From Pseudogymnoascus verrucosus (lineage: Eukaryota): DNA of 64,000 bases. The position numbers and the translations under genes are program-made. The stretch lies in NCBI GenBank assembly GCA_001662655.1, contig KV460206.1. One strand, written 5' to 3'. Positions 57,388 through 64,000 of this stretch are shown here, piece by piece. Positions within the stretch are counted from its first letter, which is position 1. Each line of letters opens with the position of its first letter. The notes beneath the pieces were generated by a model. It did no database searches, was not told the origin of the DNA, and was given only the letters and a program-made list of their open reading frames with translations.

Positions 57388-59994
57388 ATGGCTGACAAAC
57401 CAGACGACAATACCACAGGCTTGCCTCCCACAGGCCCGCCTCAGACTCCAGAATCTTCAAGTTCCAGAAACCAGACAGGCCTGCCTCCCACGGGTCCATC
57501 TCCTGCTGCAGGATCCTCAAGTTGGAGAAACCAGACAGGCCGACCTCCCACGGCTCCATCTCCCCCTACAGGACCCTCAAATTGGAGAAATCAGACAGGA
57601 CCGCCTCCCACGGGCCCGCCTCGTACAGGCCCACCTCGCACAGGTACACCTCCCGCCCCAGGGCCCTCGAGGTCCAGAGACCAGACAGATGGCATCGAGG
57701 CTCCATTGTCACAGCCTCCGTACGAAATGACCCTCAATAAGTACGTACAGCCCTGCAGAACTTGACACTGCTCAGAAGAGCATGTTCCATATATTTACAT
57801 TTATTTTATGAATATTCCCTATGCAAGACCTCTACCCTAGCAGCCAGGCCCATCCACATACATCATAGCGGGAGACTAACGGTCATGTCCCTATAGGTAC
57901 TGGCCCAATATCAATAGTTATCATGGCCCTTGGTTTCATATTCCTATTGAAGAGCTCGAAGTCTTAGCAAAGAGCAACTGGGCTCTCCCTCGACCCCGAA
58001 TCATTGACCCCGCTGTATTCTTTGACTTGTTGAAGATCCGGCAACTGACTGACGAAGCCTGCGACCTGGCAGTACGAGCAACAGCCGGAATTGCCACGTC
58101 GGCTCTCTCAAAACCATTCACTATTGCTAGAAGCATGCGAGGAAGTGGCGTAGAAGCACTAGGGCTGGGATCCTTTGGACCTGGGGTCGAAGCGCAACTG
58201 AGCCCAGAACGGAAATTTCGAATGCGAGAGAAGGCTACCCAAAAACTCTCGGAGGCATATCGTCTTGATGATACAGCATCCTGCATTGTTACCATGCGAG
58301 GACCGTCTGTCCTTGGAATGGTTGCGAAACAAGTGATTGAAACCCCTCGAGAAGATCTAGACCGTCTCGATGGCAAATATGTGCATTATTTCCACGAGAA
58401 GACAGATGACAAAGCTATGATGAAGCCCGAGGCGTTCTCACTACTCGACGAGGTCATAAATGAACGGCAACTGCCGGCTGAGCCTTTGCGTACAAGAGCT
58501 GTTGCTAAGATGCTCCAAGAGAATAATTTGGAGGCCGTGGAAGATCTAACTAAGGCGCTGCAGTTCTGCAGGTCTCAAAAGAGTTTGCACAAGCCGAAGC
58601 TTCCGAAATCACAGAATAATTCAAGTTCAGCCGCTGATACAAGTGGCTCTTCGAAATGTAAGGAGAAAAAACTGGATGAGAACGACTATCCCAGTAGTCT
58701 AGAGGCTCAGGTACTGTTCCGTAGGGCGGGCGCATACCTTGACTTAGCTTCCCAAACCGTTGAAAAGGCACTTCCTTCAACAGATCAAAGTCAGCGCAGT
58801 TCGATGGGTGCGAGCAATGAGAGCAATACTGGAGGTCCAAGCGTCGGAGCGGAACCAGAAGCAATGGAGAGGGAGAAACAGGGCAAGCTGGTGAAAGAAT
58901 ATGCAAAACGAGCTCTCCGTGACTATACCTCCTATCTCTCACTTTTGGATTACACGCCAGACCTTGATCCAAAGCATATGGATGCTTTCGATCGCAGGGT
59001 TTTTCAAACTGCAGTTGGATTTAAGTTACCTAAGGGGAATACTGGTAGCAGCAGCAACCCTTTATCGGGAATCCCATCACCAGTGGCCTACCAGATGTCT
59101 ACGCTCTTCTCTGCAACTCCACCAAGCCTCCAACCAAATCCTCAAACGGACATCTTAGTCGACCACGATTCAGCCCCCAAAAACGCATCTGATACTTCTG
59201 CTCTCCATGCAGCAGCCCAACAGCTCCTTGACAGTGCCAATAAAAATGAGTCGCTCACTTATCATCCTCTTCTCGTAGACGTATTGCACTCCCTGCTTCT
59301 CTGCCACGTTCTTGTGCAGACCTCTGACCGTGAGATACACCGCCATGCTCACATGGCTGCACGCCTCATCCGCAGCTGCGACGGATATCCGATTTTTGAA
59401 CCGCCTCTGGAGGTGCAGAGCCGCAAAGATTGGCTTGAGGTCCTGAGCCGAGTGGGCGAGAGATTCGATCTTGGTGAATCCTGGGACTTCCTATGCAGAC
59501 CCAGGTTGTATAGGAGGGCCGGGGTCCCACCGGTGTATAGCGAGGAAGGCGGGGGCATGAAAGAGACCCGAGACGAGAAGAGGGAGAGGCTACACAGGAA
59601 GGCTGTTTTAGAAACGGTAACGGACAAGAGCATAACTGATGATGAAACTTTCAAGAAGGAACTTGCAGCAAAGAAGACGAGACAAGTGGAGGAGGAAAGG
59701 AAAAGCACGGGCAAATCGGATGAAGATAAGGCTGGTCCATCGAAAGGTAAAGCGAAGGACGAAGACCACAATGTGGATTCGAATCGGGCACGCAGTATTG
59801 TGAGATGGGTTCTGGAAGCGCCTCAGATAACTAATCCGGAGAGCAGGAAGAAGAAGAAGCGTAAAACAAAGGGTCGTGGGGGTACTAGGGGCCGTGGGTA
59901 TAGTACGGGTCGTGGCTCGTTGAACAGTTCCATGGGCAATATGAGTATTACTGATGATCAGACTGTCGAGACTCCCAATGAGGGAGCCGACTAA
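57388..59994 (+). CDS. Conserved fungal TPR-like hypothetical protein with N-terminal proline-rich repeats
   Basis: Exon 57388-~57740, intron to ~57896, then a long ORF with PRPRIIDPAVFFDLLKIR, RMREKATQKLSEAYRLD, AKRALRDY, TYHPLL and DGYPIF. Basic C-terminal NLS-like stretch. Confidence 0.75.
57415..57688 (+). repeat. Coding 60-nt tandem repeat (x~4) TG(L/R/P)PPTGP...SS(S/W)RNQ
   Basis: Units start at ~57415, 57475, 57535 and 57595. The fourth is expanded by 15-nt TGPPR sub-repeats. Confidence 0.85.
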
Positions 59995-60395
59995 GCGAGC
60001 ATGGATTCGGTACAATTCTTTGTACAGTAGTACGTGATGTTCAAATCACACAGCGTATTCAGCGAAGCATTAGAAAATCAATCAATCGAACTCGACTGGG
60101 ATTCACGGGGAAAAGCGTGTTCATATTCCTCATCAAGTATGCCCAGACGCTATATACCACGTAGACCGCATAATCCCCGTAAAGAAGCTATCACTTTGAA
60201 GCTTAAATATTTCCATTTCCTTTCACCCCAAAAACAATCGGATACATCTTGACAACTAGAACGAGAACTTTTGCCCCAGAGAGCGATAACGCCATGCCCG
60301 GATATAAAACAGAGACTCTTCGGGGGATGTGGTGACCGCGACGATGAAGATATGTAGTATTAATGGCAGATGTAGAGAAACGACAAGCGGCAAGT

Positions 60396-62694
60396 TTACT
60401 TGTGGAGACCGCAAGTACGCTCGCTCATGAGTTTCCTACGCTCTTTATCGCGGCCTAGCAAATTCGTTAGTAAAGCTAAAGAGGGTTATGGGGGTGTGAA
60501 TGGTGTGTGCTTACCCTCGTCATATACAAGGAACTCGTGTAGGCCAGCTCCTGTGGGCACCATCGGTAAGACGGGGACCTTCTTATCGGTAACAATTTCC
60601 AAGAAAGCCGGTCCATCGGACTCAATGAGCCACTTGAGGCTGTCAACGACATCCTCTGGCTTCTCGCACTTCCGTGCCTGGACACCCATAGCATCCGCCA
60701 ACTTGATAAAGTTGGGGTTCTGCTGGTGGGTGTGTGCGTATCTATCCTCGTAGAAGAGGTTTTGCCACTGGGTGACCATGCCCTGCTCCTCGTTGTTCAG
60801 GACGATGATCTTGACGCCAATGTTGAACTGGTGGGCAGTGGACATCTCGGTCAAGGTCATGTTGAACGAGGCGTCGCCGTCAATGTCAATAACAAGGGCG
60901 TCTGGGCGGGCAACCTTTGCGCCGATGGCGGCGGGAAGACCGAAACCCATCGTGCCGAGACCACCGGAGGTGATCATGGTGCGGGGGTGTCTCCATCGGA
61001 AGTGCTGGGCAGTCCACATCTGATGTTGGCCGACACCAGTGGAGATGATGGTGGTCTCCTTGCGGTGAGCGGTCAGCTTGGAGAGCTCCTCGATGACAGT
61101 CTGCGGCTTAATCATGCCATTCTCTCCAGACCTCTCGTACAAGGAGAGAGGGAACTTCTTCTTCCATGCGTTGATCTGGCCGAACCACTCAGAGCGATCC
61201 TCCATGGTCTTGATGTCAACGTATGGTAGGAGCTTGGCAATGTTTGCTGCAGCATCACCGACAACGGCCTCAGTGGCCTGAACAACCTTGTTGATGTTCT
61301 TTGGCATGATGTCGAAGTGGACAATTCCACCACGGCCTTCGGTAGCGGCAAGCTTTGCCTGAGGGGCGAATTTTGGAACGTTAAGAGTCACACGGTCATC
61401 GAATCTTGCTCCGAGGGCAATGATGAGATCGGCCTCCTGCATCGACATGTTTGCGTACGCAGATCCGTGCATACCCAGCATGTGGAGAGACTTCTCGTCA
61501 AGCTCATCAAAGCCACCGAGTCCCTGGAGGGTGGTGGTCACAGGGATAGAGGCCTTGTCGGCAAGCTCCTTGAGCAGCTTTGGGCCCTCTGGGAGTGCAA
61601 GGATACCCTGTCCAGCGTAGATCACAGGCTTCTTTGCAATGTTGATCAAGTCTCCGACGCGCTTGATAGTAGCTTGGATTTGCCTCTGGGTGATCTCTGA
61701 TGCCGCCTTGGAGGCTGCGCTCGGCGATGATGGGAGAGTGCTGATCATCGGGATAGCCTTTCTCAGGATCGATGCAGTAACATCCTTTGGTAAATCCACG
61801 AGAACTGGTCCAGGACGTCCGCTTGTGGCAATCTCGAAGGCCTCCTTGATTCTCCTGGGCAAATCTGCGACGTTCCTAACCATAACATTCCACTTGGTGC
61901 AAGATCTCGAGATACCAATGACATCGGCCTCCTGGAAGGCGTCACTTCCAATGGAAGTTGTAGCGACCTGACCACAGAATACCACCATTGGTGTACCATC
62001 GGAAAGAGCGTCTTGCATAGGCGTTATCACATTGGTGGCACCGGGTCCGGAGGTTACCAGAACCACACCTGGCTTTCCACATGCGCGGGCATAACCTTCG
62101 GCCATATGTCCAGCACCCTGCTCGTGTTTCGGTAAGATGAATTCAAAATGTTTTGAGTTGTAGATGGCATCGAATACGGGGAGAATAGCGCCGCCAGGAT
62201 ATCCAACTATGTTCACGGTTAGCTTTGAAGTTGGGGTTATTTATTCGGGCAACATACAAACATGCTTAACACCTTGTCTGAGCATCATCTCATGGAAGAT
62301 TTCTCCTCCACTCATCCCAATGAACCTATTATGTCTATCAGTCCTGTCAAATTTCGAGGCACTAGTGCGACGTACGACTCATCCATCTCGGGTTGCCTCG
62401 CATTCTGGAGAGGCTGCGGCTCATTTTGCTGAGGAGTTGTGTTGAATGTTGACGCCGGAGGTTCTCTTGCTTGCCTACAAAATCAGTCAGTTAGTACCGG
62501 TCAATGAAGGTGGAATTGAGGAGGACTCACGACGAAGCAGCCGCGGTTGTGGCTTGTGACCTGGTAGTACCCGGAGTCTTTTTCGGTGCTGATATAACTC
62601 TGGCGGCGGAAGAAGTTGAGAGAGGTTTCGATGTGCGGGTGGACGCCTTCACCAAGCTGCGGACAGCTGACCGCGCTGGTTGTGATCGGAGCAT
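60396..62694 (-). CDS. ILV2: Acetolactate synthase catalytic subunit, mitochondrial
   Basis: MLRSQPARSAV presequence, GYPGGAILP, HEQGAGHMAEGYAR, TSGPGATN, SGGLGTMG, DIDGDASF..NNEEQGMV TPP motif. Four introns. Confidence 0.97.
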
Positions 62695-63040
62695 CGTGAG
62701 GTTATTGTGAGAGATCGTCGGCCAAAGTCGGCGACTGAAAAAAAGAAATCGAAGTCGTGTGGCGACTTCAAAGGCCCTGTAAAGATAACACCAGGTACAG
62801 CTAAAGAAGGGCTGTCCTTGTGTCCTGTTCCGCTATGGTGTTGTCTCGACAGGGCGGTGACAGCGAGGTTTTGGCACGCAATGACTTGTTATGCAAAGAG
62901 CAATTGTAGAGTCATCCATGAGATATAGCCAGAACAAGAGGCGGACGGGCGACGATCACGTGCACACGATATGTTTGTGAGAATTACGGCGATAAAATAG
63001 AGATTGGCCAATCAGAGTGTGGGGATTGACGTGGAGATCT

Positions 63041-63050
63041 CCGACCTCGG
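63041..63050. promoter_or_regulatory. Leu3/LeuB-type site CCG-N4-CGG upstream of ILV2
   Basis: CCGACCTCGG about 350 bp upstream of the ILV2 ATG. Confidence 0.55.
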
Positions 63051-63068
63051 CGGGGAATAGGCGGGGAT

Positions 63069-63075
63069 TGAGTCA
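63069..63075 (-). promoter_or_regulatory. Gcn4/CpcA element TGACTCA upstream of ILV2
   Basis: TGAGTCA on the + strand, perfect consensus, 18 nt from the Leu3-type site. Confidence 0.6.
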
Positions 63076-63694
63076 GGTGACACAAGGTGCCCATAGCTCC
63101 CAATTTAAAAAGTATTTGTCCTATTTGTCTATTTGTGCCTGAGGATGTGGAACAAAGCTCATCGTCGGAGTATAGAGCCTGCATAGTTTGCGCGCGCTAT
63201 CGTACATTATTACACGTTATATGCGATCATACTCCTATCTTCGCTTTGTTTACTCATGGTGGCTTATATATATGGGGCATAAAAACAATATCTTGACCCG
63301 ACGGTGCGGGGAGAGTGCGGAGTTTTGGCCCATATAGAGGACATACGATGGTTTAATTGGTGGTGGAACTCAGGGTCCGCATTTACGTTGGCGTTCTCAT
63401 TGAGGGAGAATTGTATTGCGCTACCCTATGCTACGAGTCTGTAACCTGCCATACCACGTACGGAGCTGGCTGCTCAGGAAGAATTTGTATCATCCAAAAG
63501 GTTTTCTTTCCATCTCTCTTTCTTTCACCTATTTCCTGTCATTCCTCCCCGCAGCTGTGCTTGACAATCGACGAGATTCCCAGGCGTTGAGTATCAAAAG
63601 TCTTATCGCCCAGACTCGTCTTATCCCACCCACATATCCAACGAACCCCTCTTTTGCCCTTTAGAGCAGTCAGAGCACCAATTCTGTTGTCGAT

Positions 63695-64000
63695 ATGGCC
63701 GGCACAGTTCCAGTCGTTGCCTCTTTGGATGGCATTTATACTCAAGATGCAGTATCTGCGCAAATGAAGCGCTGGAGCCAGCTCCTCAGCACCTTCGAAT
63801 CCACATACAAGCACCCCGCATCCTTTGTATCCCGGTCCCCCGGTCGTGTCAACATAATCGGGGAGCACATCGACTACTCCCTCTATCCAGTCCTGCCCAT
63901 GGCAATTACATCAGACGCCATCTTCGCCGTCTCCTGTCCCGACGACTCTGCCTCGGCCTCCTCCAACACTTTCAAAATCCGCATATCGAATGTTGAGTCT
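63695..64000 (+). CDS. GAL1: Galactokinase, 5' part (continues beyond the window)
   Basis: MAGTVPVVASLDGIY...FVSRSPGRVNIIGEHIDYSLYPVLPMAI is the galactokinase signature. Not in the ORF track. Confidence 0.92.
   Translation, partial: MAGTVPVVASLDGIYTQDAVSAQMKRWSQLLSTFESTYKHPASFVSRSPGRVNIIGEHIDYSLYPVLPMAITSDAIFAVSCPDDSASASSNTFKIRISNVES

Overview
Fungal genomic DNA from a filamentous ascomycete, with intron-containing genes (GT..ctaac/ctgac..AG). The gene style is consistent with a Leotiomycete such as Pseudogymnoascus, but this is not provable from the window. Most of it is conserved housekeeping neighbourhood: PRP40 (partial), TRS65, a head-to-head pair of Zn2Cys6 factors, a SYM1/Mpv17 gene, PGK1, SEM1, IML2, a MARCH5-like RING-CH ligase, NST1, RHO2, MRPL28, a DUF1749 hydrolase, a TRAPPC12-like gene, a GNAT, DNA polymerase lambda, a sugar porter, an ASNSD1-like gene, VPS9, ILV2 and galactokinase (partial). 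Between the SYM1-like gene and PGK1 lies a ~10 kb decaying accessory island (~10.9-20.6 kb). It holds the 3' remnant of a subgroup-C (killer-toxin-like) GH18 chitinase whose C-terminus carries a hydrophobic hairpin, a KR site and a NucA/NucB-type DNase motif. It also holds a multi-LysM gene broken into two oppositely oriented pieces, a Ginger2/KRBA2-like transposase fragment, a candidate transposon end, and RIP-like damaged O-fucosyltransferase-like and SDR genes. One gene in the island is intact and has SUKH/Smi1-like (immunity-like) features. The best candidate for a new system is a fungal chitinase-delivered nuclease toxin + LysM + immunity module, in which the toxin has decayed and the putative immunity gene is retained. 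All family assignments are from motif recognition by eye; no database searches were run.
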